A stretch of 64,000 nt of DNA, taken from the human T2T-CHM13v2.0 reference genome, Homo sapiens. The stretch lies in NCBI RefSeq assembly GCF_009914755.1, contig NC_060947.1; one strand, written 5' to 3'. Below are positions 10,901 through 22,641 of the stretch, piece after piece. Positions within the stretch are counted from its first letter, which is position 1; the number at the start of each line of letters is the position of its first letter. The position numbers were made by a program, and so were the translations under genes. The notes beneath the pieces are model-generated. The model saw only the letters and a program-made list of their open reading frames with translations, searched no databases and was not told where the DNA came from.

Positions 10901-13900
10901 GTACGTTTTTTGGCTTGAGGTTACCACGAGGCTTGCAAATACTATCTTATAACCCCATTATTTTAACCTGATAACAACTTAACAGTATTTGCATAAAGAA
11001 ACAAACAAGAAAAATAAAACTAATAAAAACTTGCCTTACCTTTGTCCTTTCTCTTTTTAACTTTTTTTGTTTCTATTTATATCTTATTTTGCTTTCTATA
11101 TCTTGAAAAGTTGTTTTAGTTATTGTTTTTGATTGGTTCATCATTTAATCTTTCTACTTAGGATAGAGTACTTTTCACACCTCAGTTACGATGTTATGTT
11201 TTATGTTTTTCTGTGTACTTACTATTCTCAGTAAGTTTTGTACTTTAAGCTGATTATTTATTACTTATCAACGTTTTTTCATTTGAATTGATGCATTTCC
11301 TGTACCATTTTTTTGTAAGACAGGTCTGGTGTTGATGAAATCCCTCATCTTTTGTGTGTGTAGGAAAGTGTATTCCTCTATCATATTTGAAGAATACTTT
11401 CACAAGATATACTATTCTAAGGTAAAAGATTTTTCCTTCAGCACATTAGATAGTTCATGCCACTTTCTCCTGGCCTGTATGGTTTCCACTGAAATGTCTA
11501 CTAGCAGACATGTTGGAGCTCTGCTGTATGTTATTTATTTCTTTTTTTTTCATTCTGCTTTTAGGATCCTTTCTTTATCCTTGAATTTAGGGAGTTTATT
11601 AAATGCCTTTAGGTAGTCTTCTTTGAGTTAAACCTGCTTGGTGTTCTATAACCTTCTTGTACTTGGACATCGATATCTTCTAGGTTTGGAAAGTTCTCAG
11701 TTATTATTGTTTGAATAAACTTTCCACCCCAACTTTTCTCTACCTCCTCTTTAAGGCCAATAAATTTTTGAGGCTATTTTCCAGATCCTGTAAGAATGTT
11801 TCATTTTTTAAATTCTTTTCTTTTTTTATCTGATTGTATATTTTCAAATAGGCTGTTTTCAAGCTTAATAATTTTTTCTTCTGCTTGTTCCATTCTGGTT
11901 TTAAAGGACTCTGATGCATTCTTCAGTATGCCAATTGCATTTTTCAATTACAGAAATTCTTCTTGATACATTTTAATTATTTCAATGTGTTTGATCAATT
12001 TATCTGACAGATCAATTTATCTGAATTCCTGCTTTGTGTTATCTTGAATTCCTTTGGGTTTCCTCAATACTGCTATTTTGAAGTCTCTGTCTGAAAGGTC
12101 ACATATTTCTATTTACTCCAGAATTCATTCTTAGTGCTCTGTGTATTTCATTTGGTAAGGTCTTGTTTTACTGGATCATATTGATGTTAGTAGATGGGCT
12201 TTGGTATCTAGGCATTTAAGAGTTAGGTATTTATCATAGTGTTCCCTGTCTAGGCTTATTTGTAGTCATATTTAAAAAGGTTTTTGAGATATTTTAAAGG
12301 ACTTGGGCATTGTAATGTAAGGTCTTATTGCTTTAGAGTACACTCCAAGCCCAGTAACACTGTGGTTCTTGCAGTCTTGTGGAAGTACTACCTTGATGAT
12401 CTTAGAGAAGATTCAGGAGATTTATCTGCACTATGAGGCAGAGATTCTTGTTCTTTCCCCTTACTTTCTGCCAAACATACAGATTCTGTCTGTGTGTTCT
12501 GAACCACCTAAAGTTGGGGGTGGAGTGACTTAGTCACCTATTTGGCCACCACCACTATGACTGCATTGGGTCAGACCTGAAGATAGCACCACACTGAGTC
12601 TTGCCAAAGGCCTGCTGTTACCACTCCGTGGTTACTGCTTATGTTTGTTCAAGGTCCTTGGGCTCTACAATAAACATGTGGCAAAGTCAGCTAGGCTTGT
12701 GTCCTTCTCTTCAGGGTGATGAGGTCCCGCAGTCTCCAGGTTGCTTCAGAAGTATCATCTGGGAGACGGGGACTAGAGTCAAACACCTTAGAAATCTACC
12801 TTGCATTCTATTGGATTGGAGCTAAGCTGGCACTCAAACCACAAGACACAGTCCTAGTCACTCTTCCCTCCCATTTACACAAGCAGAGGAACCTCAAACT
12901 GTAGCCACTGCCACCCCGGGCCATGTGAAGTACTGCCAGACTCTCACTGGTGTTTCCTTAAGGTCCAGGGTCTCTTAAGTCAGCTTGAGGTAAATGCTGC
13001 CGGGCCTGAGACTCACCGTTCAGGGCACTGGGTTTCCCTCTGGCCCAGGGAAAGTCAAGAAATCCCATTCAAGAGTTAAGTCCTGGAATCAGGGACCCCA
13101 AGATCCTGCTTGGTGCTTTAGCCCCCTGTGGTGGTATTGGTACCTAAAGTGTAAGACACATTCCCCTTTACTTTTTCCTCTACTTTTCTCAAGCAGATGG
13201 AGTTTTGCCCCATAGCCAACACAGTTGGTAATGTGTTATTTCTAATCTGAAGCCAGAAAGCCTCAGAGGCTCATCAAAGCCCTGGATGTAGCACCTGAGT
13301 ATCGCTGCAGCTTATTCAGGACCAAAGGGTTCTTCAATCTTCAGGTGATAAATATGGCAGAACTGGCTCATTTCCTTCAAGGCTGCAAGTTCTCTTCTGG
13401 CTCAGGATGTGTCCAGAAATGTTGTCTGGGAGCTAGGGCCTGGAATGGGGGTCTCATGACTCTCACCAGTGCCCTATCCTTCTATGACAGTGCTGGTATC
13501 CAAGATGTAAAACAAAGTTCTCCCCATTCTTTTCTCTCATCTCCTTGTTTGGATCTGTGAGCTGTTCAGCCTGTGGTTAGGGGAGGGGTAATGCCAACAC
13601 TCCCTTGGCATCCTCAGCTGGTGTCTCAGTATGTCACGTGACCCCCTATTCCATTGTCTCAGGGCTTAGTTCAGCCCTAAGACTTGCCTACGATTTTCAG
13701 TCTTTATGTGCTAGGCTGCCTTTCAAGTTTACTTAGAGACCGAGAACACTTTGGCCCTCCATGGTGAGGGCTGTGAATACTCAAGTTAGGACCACTGGGA
13801 TTAGCAATTCCCCTCTGGGTAGGGCTGGTTTAAATGCTGCCTCCAAGGGTGGGCATCAGCTGAGTTTGGTCTGGTTTTTCTTTTTGTTCTAAATAAACAG

Positions 13901-14205
13901 AACTGAGTTCAATGCCTCAGAATTGCTATGTTTTCCCTTCCCCAGTACCCAGAGATGCTCAGTGCCCCACATCACCACTTCTGGGGCTGGGGGAGGGGTG
14001 AAGTCAATGATTTTAGAAGCTTTTTTTGTCTCTTCAGTGCCTTTTTCAGTGATATGAAGTTAAAACCAAGTACTATGAGTGCTCACCTGATTTTTGGTTC
14101 TTATGAAGATGTTGTTTCTTTGTAGGTAGTTGTTAACTTGGTGTCCTTGTAAGGGGGACAATTGGTGGAGTTTTCTATTTCAGTACCTTGCTTCACCTCC
14201 CACTC
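7981..14205 (-). mobile_element. L1MA1/2-like element retaining both ends, with internal ORF2 deletion near 10405
   Basis: 3' end TTTTTGTGGGTACCTAGTAG...GGGGTACATGAGATG; ORF2 C-terminal ORFs 8288..8587 and 8705..8920; ORF2 start in ORF 10621..10833 (SIITLNVNGLN); ORF1 ~11300-12200; 5'UTR to ~14200. Confidence 0.9.
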
Positions 14206-14957
14206 CAAGCCAAATTTTCTTATCACTGAAATATTTTTTGAAAAGCATTAGTCATCTAAGACATTTCTTAGATGATTAAATGAGAGTTACCATAATACAA
14301 TTTTGCATGGACTTTTGATGGATATTTGTAAATGTATTGTTTTCTCAACTAATATGTCAACTCAGAGATCATTATTTGTACTAATTATTTTTTCTAGGGC
14401 CTTGTGGATTAAATATGGTTCACTGGAGTGGAAGAAAAATGGGAGAAAAATTTCTACAAGAAAAGAACTGTAGAGTGTTATAATAAAAATGTGTTTGTGC
14501 ATTTGAATATTATGCGAGGCTAGAAACTGAAAACATTCATAATTACTTCACTTTTTCTCAAAAACTATCTGGTCACCTATATTCTCATTGCTACTGGTAA
14601 TGTTTGAGGGTGGAGACTTAAATTTATCTTTCTTTACTTTCTTATACAATTATAGTCCATTTTATCTAAGAATTGTTCGGCAGAAGTTTTAAATTTATCT
14701 ACTTTTGCCTAACGTTTTCTTTTTCTTTTTGTCTATCTTTCTATCTATCTGTCTATCATCAATTTATTATCACTCTATTATCTATCTACCCATTTAAAGC
14801 CTTTTCCATCTTAAATTAGAACATGTTCCTGAAAGAGTAGAGGAGCTATGGAATGTTATTCTGCTTTTCTTCTGACATGGGATACTAATAATCTAACTGC
14901 TTAATTAATGCTGCTTAATTTTGAACATTATGATATTTGTAGTGATTCACAATGCCA

Positions 14958-15790
14958 CTTTTTTCAACTTTATTGAAGTATAATAGACAAATTAAAATGG
15001 TATATTTTTAAGGTGTAAAATTTGATGTTTTGATGTATGCATATATTATAAAAAAAAAGCCACAACCAATTAAGCTAATTGACATATTAATCACCTTACA
15101 TAGTTGCTATTTTATCTTTTATAAGACTACATTTAAATCTTTGTAGTTGTTTTTACATTTTATTCATATTAAAGAATAATAATTGTATATATTTATGGGG
15201 TACAATGTGATGCATAGATACAGGTATACATTGTGGATTGAACAAATTAGGTTAATTAATATATCTGTCAATTCTCACATTTATTTTTGTTAAGAACATT
15301 TAAAATCCCCCTTTTTGCAATTATAAATAGAAAATTCATTATTATTAATTGTAATTACTTGGTATGCATTAGATCACCATAACTTTTTTCTCTTATCTAA
15401 TTGAAATTTTGTACCTTTTAACCAACATTTTCCTTTCTCCATGCACTCCTGCCCTAGTTTTTGGTAGTAACCATTTTACCCCTTACTTGTGTAAGCTCAA
15501 ATTTTTGCTTGCACATATAAGTGAGAGCATGTAATATTTGTTTATCTGTACATGACTTATTTCATTCAGTATAAATGTCCTCTAGCTTTATTCATGTTGT
15601 TGCAAATTGCAGAATTTTATTTTTTCTAAAGATTGAACAGTATTCCATTATACACACACACACACACAAAACATTTAAACAATCTCTTTATTTGTTGAGA
15701 GGCACTTAGGTTGCTTGCAAATCTTGGCTATAATGAAAAATGTTTCAATAAATATGGGAATGTAGACATCTATTTGACATTCTAGTCACA
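14958..15790 (-). mobile_element. Two adjacent old L1MA 3'-end fragments
   Basis: CTTTATTGAAGTATAATAGACAAATT.. at ~14968 and AATAATTGTATATATTTATGGGGTACAATGTG.. at ~15178. Confidence 0.7.
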
Positions 15791-16360
15791 TTTTGTATTC
15801 AGTTTTTGTTCTATATTTTATTTTTTAGCACTGTAATAATTAATATTCTTAAACATACATCTTTGCTACTTCAATATTTCCTTAAAACAAATTTATTGTA
15901 GTAAAATTTGGGGGACAAAATCTTATCCACATTTTAATTTCTGATATACAATGCCATACTGATGTCTATAAATGTGTCATAAATGTGCTCTTCCATATGT
16001 TAAGTGAGGATGTCAAGTTAACTGCACTTATTAGGTTATAGTAATTTATGTAATCAAGTTATGTAATAGAGAAGTTAAATTTTCTTTCTCATAATGGGCT
16101 GGAAAGCTTTTTTTTTCCACTAGTTAAAACAAGTTGAGGCATAACTGGAAAACTATTTTTACAAGAGTAATTGTAGTATAGGCTTTGAAGTTGAACATAT
16201 CTGGATTTATATTAGCCCCATTGTTTGCTAACGTTGATTTCAGGGAAATAACACAATTTTTCAAAATTACAATGTATTTATTTTAAAAGATGGTGTATAT
16301 ATAATAGATTTTTCATGTGGTTTTTAGTGACTGCTAAATCAGAAAGTTTGTAAAATTTTA

Positions 16361-16669
16361 TTTTATTTGTATTTATTTATTTTTGAGACAGGGTCTCAGT
16401 CTGTTGCCTGAGCTGGAGTGCAGTGGCACAATCATGGCTCACAGTAGTCTCAGTATCTTGGGCTCAAATGATCTTACTGCCACAGTCTCCAGAATAACTG
16501 GGATTTCAGGTGTGTACCACCACACTTGACTATTTTTTTGTTTAATTTTTAGTAGAAATTAGTTCTCACTACGTTGCCCAAGCTGGTCGTGAACTCCTGG
16601 GCTCAAGCAATTCACCTGCCTCAGTCTCCCAAAGTGCTGAGATTAGAGGCATAAGCCAACACACCCAGC
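16361..16669 (-). mobile_element. AluJ
   Basis: GAGACAGGGTCTC, ATCATGGCTCAC, GGGCTCAAGCAAT diagnostics; perfect 16-bp TSD AGTTTGTAAAATTTTA (16345-16360, 16670-16685). Confidence 0.95.
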
Positions 16670-17007
16670 AGTTTGTAAAATTTTAAAAGAAATAAACACA
16701 TTAAGCTCTCAGTCCATAAATGCTTTACTGTTGTTCATCTTCTAAAATTATATTAGTATCAGGATCCCCAGTTCCCCTATTTGACAAACTTGCATTAGTT
16801 AAATTAGTGATTGTCAAGATGTTCAACGGATTATACATAAGTTACCAGAATTATTTAGGCACAATTATTTTATGTGATTTAGATACTTCTGCCTACCAAC
16901 TGATTGGCTAATAGACTATTTGACAAATGTTGTAAAGATCACAGATACAACATTTAATATAAGTAATGTCTTGCTTTGTGCATATAAAGCTTAACTTTTT
17001 TTTTTTT

Positions 17008-17190
17008 TGTCTTAAACAGCAGAAATTTACTGTCTTGCAGTTCTGGAAGCTGGACATTTGAGATAAAGGTGCAGCAGGGTTGGCTCCTTACAAGGACTAT
17101 GAAGGGGAAATTCATGCCTCTCTCCTAGATTCGTTGGCTTCTTCTGCATCATTCCAATCTCTGCCTTCCTCTTCACAGGGTGTTCTTCCA
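17008..17190 (-). mobile_element. MLT1 (ERVL-MaLR) LTR fragment
   Basis: CTTAAACAGCAGAAATTTACTGTCTTGCAGTTCTGGAAGCTGG...CCAATCTCTGCCTTCCTCTTCACA. Confidence 0.75.
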
Positions 17191-17279
17191 GTTTGGATGT
17201 GGTAAGGAAAAATACAAATTTAAAATAAGAAATTTATTCTCCATGTTGAAATAAAGTAAGAGATTTCCCTCCCTTCCTG

Positions 17280-18026
17280 TTTATTTATTTATTTATTTAT
17301 TTATTTATTATACTTTAAGTTTTAGGGTACATATGCACATTGTGCAGGTTAGTTACATACGTATACATGTGCCATGCTGGTGTGCTGCACCCATTAACTC
17401 GTCATCTAGCATTAGGTATATCTCCCAATGCTATCCCTCCCCCCTCCCCCCACCACACAACAGTCTCCAGAGTGTGATGTTCCCCTTCCTGTGTCCATGT
17501 GATCTCATTGTTCAATTCCCACCTATGAGTGAGAATATGCGGTGTTTGGTTTTTTGTTCTTGCGATAGTTTACTGAGAATGATGATTTCCAATTTCATCC
17601 ATGTCCCTACAAAGGACATGAACTCATCATTTTTTATGGCTGCATAGTATTCCATGGTGTATATGTGCCACATTTTCTTAATCCAGTCTATCATTGTTGG
17701 ACATTTGGGTTGGTTCCAAGTCTTTGCTATTGTGAATAATGCCGCAATAAACATACATGTGCATGTGTCATTATAGCAGCATGATTTATAGTCCTTTGGG
17801 TATATACCCAGTAATGGGATGGCTGGGTCAAATGGTATTTCTAGTTCTAGATCCCTGAGGAATCGCCACACTGACTTCCACAATGGTTGAACTAGTTTAC
17901 AGTCCCACCAACAGTGTAAAAGTGTTCCTATTTCTCCACATCCTCTCCAGCACCTGCTGTTTCCTGACTTTTTAATGATTGCCATTCTAACTGGTGTGAG
18001 ATGGTATCTCATTGTGGTTTTGATTT
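17280..18026 (-). mobile_element. L1PA2-like 3' end
   Basis: CACATTGTGCAGGTTAGTTAC and AACTCGTCATCTAGC (GAG at the L1HS/PA2 diagnostic site); ORF 17512..18012 is the ORF2 C-terminus. Confidence 0.92.
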
Positions 18027-18352
18027 TACCCTTAAAACCTGAAGCTTCTTCCCTTGGGTGTCATAACCTATTTATTGCTCATAAAGTTTAGACCAATGGC
18101 TGCAATGTTTCCAGCACGGGGATAAGTAAATATACACAAAATATTGTTTTCTATTTTAAAAGATAATGGCACTTTCATACATATAAATGCCAAGTAAAAT
18201 CTTTAACTCAAATATTTGAGTTCATTCTTCCGTGAAGAACCATTTTTATACTGCCTAACTCAAAAAAGTTCTGTTCTAACCTAATAATGACAGTTCTGAT
18301 AATATCTACAATAAATTTCAGAAGCATTCAATTACACAGGTTATTTCACTTT

Positions 18353-18682
18353 TAGGACATGGATGAAGCTGGAAACCATCATTCTGAGCAAACTATCAAT
18401 CACAAGGACAGAAAACCAAACACCACATATTCTCACTCATAGGTGGGAATTGAACAATGAGAACACTTGGACACAGAGTGGGGAACATCACACACCGGGG
18501 CCTGTCGTGGGGTGGAGGGAGTGGGGAGGGATAGCCTTAGGAGACATACCTAATATAAATGAGGAGTTAATAGGTGCAGCACACCAACATGGCACATGTA
18601 TACATACGTAACAAACCTGCACGTTGTGCACATGTACCCTAGAACTTAAAGTATAAGAAAAAAATAAAATAAAATAAAATAA
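18353..18682 (+). mobile_element. L1PA (PA4-6-like) 3' end
   Basis: GGACATGGATGAAGCTGGAAACC...CCCTAGAACTTAAAGTATAAG followed by (AAAAT)n tail. Confidence 0.9.
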
Positions 18683-18913
18683 TCAATATATATCATGTTA
18701 CTATAAAATAAAGCATTACATAATCTCAAAGATGTATCTAAATGCTAGATTTTTAAAATGCCAATTAAATATGTATATTAATTATACCTGGGCAATCAAT
18801 TTTATATTTGGGCATTAGTTAATCAAAACTCTGTTCAGGACTTGCAAAATGTCCAGAAATAAATGCTGGGTGTTAAGGGGTGAATACAAAATAGAAACAT
18901 AAGTAGTCATTGT

Positions 18914-19129
18914 GCCACAAAGAAGGAAACAACACACTCCAGGACTTACTTGAGGGTGGAGAATAGGAGGAGGGAGAAGGTAAAATGAAAAAAAATAACT
19001 ACCTATCAGTTACTATGCTTATCACCTGGGTGATGAAATGATCTGTATACCAAATCCTTGTGACATGCAATTTACCTACATAACAAACTTGCACCTGTAC
19101 CTCTGAACCTAAAATAATAGTTTAAAATG
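18914..19129 (+). mobile_element. L1PA15/16-like 3'UTR tip with TSD
   Basis: TACTTGAGGGTGGA...CACCTGGGTGATGAAA...TGAACCTAAAATAA; perfect 15-bp TSD ATAAGTAGTCATTGT (18899-18913, 19130-19144). Confidence 0.9.
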
Positions 19130-19533
19130 ATAAGTAGTCATTGTCCCTAAAGCATGTATAGTTTGCTTAGAAAGACATCACATATGAAAATGGAGCAAAT
19201 CGAGCAGTTAGAGTTGAATTCCAAACACTTACTATGTGTTGTGGTATGGAAACTATATGTAATAAGAACTCATAAAAATGTAAGTGTATTTTGGACCAGA
19301 GTAATTCCGGGAAGACTTTGGAGAAGAAAAAGTACCTCAACTGGACCTTAAAATATTATGTGTTATAAATATTGACCGTTGGAGAAACATACTTATTCCA
19401 AAACACAATGTGAATAACGGTATAGAGGTAGTAACTAACATGGAATGTATGAGGAAGTTTGTCTTACAAGATAGGTGCCCTTGCTTTGGGGTGAGTCTGA
19501 GATAAGGTTATATAGAAATGATGGAATGAGAAG

Positions 19534-19673
19534 ATTGTGGACCTTAAAAGAAGAACAAATATTCTGAATTCTATTTTAAATATAATAGAGACCTGCTATA
19601 GAAAATTGTGGGCCTTAAAAGAAGCACAAATATTCTGAATTCTATTTTAAATATAATAGAGACCTGCCATAGA
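19534..19673. repeat. 71-bp-period tandem duplication (2 copies)
   Basis: ATTGTGG(A/G)CCTTAAAAGAAG(A/C)ACAAATATTCTG...ACCTGC(T/C)ATAGA; 3 mismatches over 69 bp. Confidence 0.95.
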
Positions 19674-20417
19674 TTCTTGGATGAAGAAAATACTCAGGGA
19701 GAATGTGGTTTTAGTAAAACTATGTTAGCAGTTAAGGTTAGAGCAAAGTTCAGGAAAGCCATATCTTATACCAGATTTATTGCTGTGGTGTGCAGTGTTC
19801 TATCAGCTTTTTGAACATTAATGATCTATCTTAAGCTTTAGCACAGATGGTAACTAAATTGGATTTTATATCATTCAAATATTTGGGGAAGATGGTGAGT
19901 GATATTATTTAGTTGTTATTTCGATCTTTCTGTGGATTATTATTCCTATCATATACTAGAGGTATTGGACTACAGATATTTATTCAGTATTTTCTTGGAA
20001 GATAGGATGAGTCATACATTTTCACTTTGATAATATCTAAAATACTACCTTTTCTATCCCTATAAGACAATGTTAATTATAGAAATACAATATAAATACA
20101 ATAATATATTTTAAGAGCTTGGGTGATCTATACAAATATTTTACTTATTGTGACCATCTGGAAAAAATGCAGTCTACGCTGTGGCAAACAAAATAATTCT
20201 GAAAACATAATTAAAAACAGGAGGTGTTAACTCCTGGGAACTTTATATTACATGCATGAGCAGTTCCCAGAACAATAGAAAACTAAGTGATGTTATATAG
20301 GCAAACACTCTTATGTAAGGCAGATGTTGGCTATCCTACCACCCACTGGAAATGAAAAGCTAGCTTATTTGTTTGTGTCCAAATGACTGTTTGTTTGTGG
20401 AATTAGTCTTTCCAGAA

Positions 20418-20532
20418 GATATATATATATACACACACATATGCATATATTTTCTTATGTGTATACACACACATACACACACACACACACACGAGAAAGA
20501 AAGACAGATTAAGAGAGACAGAAAGATAAATG

Positions 20533-20562
<30 letters not shown>
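20418..20562. repeat. Compound microsatellite (AT)n/(AC)n/(GA)n
   Basis: Directly visible. Confidence 0.9.
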
Positions 20563-20563
<1 letters not shown>

Positions 20564-21417
20564 ATAATCATAAGGCAGTTTCTGTAGTACTTTAGTTATT
20601 GATGGTTTTAAAATGTATCAGTACAAAATGAGTATAATAAAATAGCAGCAGTAGCACTGTGGGGTGGGGTGACAAGCTACAGCTCCAAAGCTATCTAAAC
20701 AGAATTTAATAAATAAAATATTTTACAAAAGAAAATGTGCATTGTTAACATTGCAAGAACTGCAAAGCCAGTAACCATGGCATGTTGTAGAAAATAGATT
20801 TGCCAGTTTCTGGAAATTTGGCTGAAATTTAGTTTATTCTCCACTTTATTTTCCTTTTTTGCATTTCAAGAAACAAATTTGGCCCTTGACAGCAACAGGA
20901 CTGAATCATAATTTGTGCCACTCTATGGCTGAATTCCAAATGGCTCAGGCGCATGGCAACAGGAGTGGTGGCAAGGACTTTTTCTTGGGATTTTGGGCAC
21001 CACTCCTTGCAGGAGAGTTTAGTATACTACATGTGGGAACAATCAGAGGCAGACAAAGCAGCTACAGTCCTCAAGGGAGAGCAGCAATAAGAATTGGGTT
21101 AAACTGAAAGTCTTTGCCAAGAGCTTGGTTTTAAAAAATGGCATTGTTGAAACAATTTTTTTTTATAAAAGAATAAGCATGGGTTTGGGGAAATAAGTGG
21201 ATGAGCTCCAGTTTTTGGTGCAGAAAATTATGATGGAGTACCTGGAAGCAATTACAAGTTCCGTATGGTGCCAGGGGAGTAGACTGTGGAGATTGTTTCA
21301 GTCTCTTTTCACGTGGTGTTATCTCATAAACATATGCTATTGCATGTTCAGAGGATGTAGAAATAATTTACTGACTTGTTCAACATTTGTTCAGTGGTTT
21401 TACATGTCAATCAGCAA

Positions 21418-22500
21418 TTAACAAAATATTAAGAGCTTACTTTGAACATTGCACTGTGCCAAGGAATAAGGGATTTCCATGTGGCTGATGATATAGTCCT
21501 TACATTCAAGAACTGACCAGTAATTAAAGACATAGGAAATATGTATGCACTGCAAGGCTGTGAAATGCAGCCAAAACAAAAATACATAAAATAAACTGCT
21601 ACAGATTTCCAAATAGGAACAAAGTAATTATAGAAGATTCAAGTAGAAAATGAGATTAGTGCGAGACTATAAATGATAGGTTGGTAATATATGAGAAGAA
21701 AAGACAAGTCTAATCAACAACAGTAGATTCCAGAAGGTAGACCACAGAAACAAATTTTTTTTAATTTATGAAATGTAGAGTTTTGTCTTCCAGAAATTAA
21801 ACTGAGAGACATGGGTGGGTCATTGAACAGTTGAGTTATGTGATGACATATATGAAGAATATTACAGCATAGAGGACAAAATGGGGTGAGGAGGGAAATA
21901 AGAAATTTGTACACAGTCCAATGTAAAGGTGGATATTACAGTGGTCCAAGCATGTGACAAGGAAGATCTAGGCCAGAGTTATGAGAGAAAATTTAGGAAA
22001 AGACCAAGATAACAGACATTGAATGAAGAGGCATAATCTTATTCCTATAAAACAGTGTTACCTTTAGAGTCAAGAAATCTATCTTTTAATCCAACTTTAT
22101 TGTAACATATACAAATCTGGAAACATATCTGAAACTCATTAGAGCATAGTTTTCTTATATAGAAGATAAAGGAGGTTAATACAATTATGTCTAAAAATTT
22201 TCCCTTTGTAGCTCCAAAATTCTATGATTCTAGGAGTATATGGGAGTTAAATTGAGAAGCTGAAGGAAGGAAAGATGTAATTAAAAAAATAATTGTGAAA
22301 TATTGAATATGAATAATTAAAGTCTGAGTGTAATATTAAGCATGATAGGAATTTAGAGGAACTGAGTGATATAATAGAAAAGTATTAAGTTTACCTTTGG
22401 GTAAGCTAAGTAAAATGTAATAGCAATATTAAAGTGATTAAAAATATGAAGTGTTAGGAAATACAGGTGTACAGTTTGACAGAAATGCCAGGAAGAAAAA
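21418..22500 (-). mobile_element. Decayed L2 remnant (interrupted by a MIR)
   Basis: AAAATATTAAGAGCTTACT..GCACTGTGCCAAGG..AGTCCTTACATTCAAGAACTGACCAGT resembles the L2 3' end; AG-rich continuation. Confidence 0.55.
22045..22232 (+). mobile_element. MIR3/MIRc-like SINE
   Basis: CTTTAGAGTCAAGAA...AGTTTTCTTATATAGAAGAT...AGCTCCAAAATTCTATGATTCTA terminus. Confidence 0.7.
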
Positions 22501-22506
22501 TCCATA

Positions 22507-22641
22507 GAAGCAGTCCTTGTTATGGATGTTAGTATGGGATTATGAAATTAACCATGCAAGCTGAAAACACAAAATGTCATCTTACTAATCAATAGAGAAA
22601 TTTCAGTTGTTCTGGGATCTTTATAAATTTGTATTAAAACA
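22507..22641. mobile_element. Tigger13a-like DNA transposon, left part with TIR
   Basis: TA then GAAGCAGTCCTTG TIR-like start; AACCATGCAAGCTGAAA..ATCTTACTAATCAAT..GTTGTTCTGGGATCTTT matches recalled Tigger13a; continues at 57528. Confidence 0.75.

Larger units (their letters stand above)
18810..19750 (-). mobile_element. Highly decayed L2 remnant
   Basis: L2 3'-end-like order of motifs (TGCTGGG..ATACAAAA..GTCCCT..ATAGT), purine-rich continuation. Confidence 0.45.

Noticed and set aside
17195-17280. Possible ERV1 LTR start beside the MLT1 fragment
   Set aside because: Too short for me to assign a family with confidence
17280-18682. Twin-priming 5' inversion of a single L1
   Set aside because: Both pieces have their own polyA, overlap in L1 coordinates and show different subfamily diagnostics
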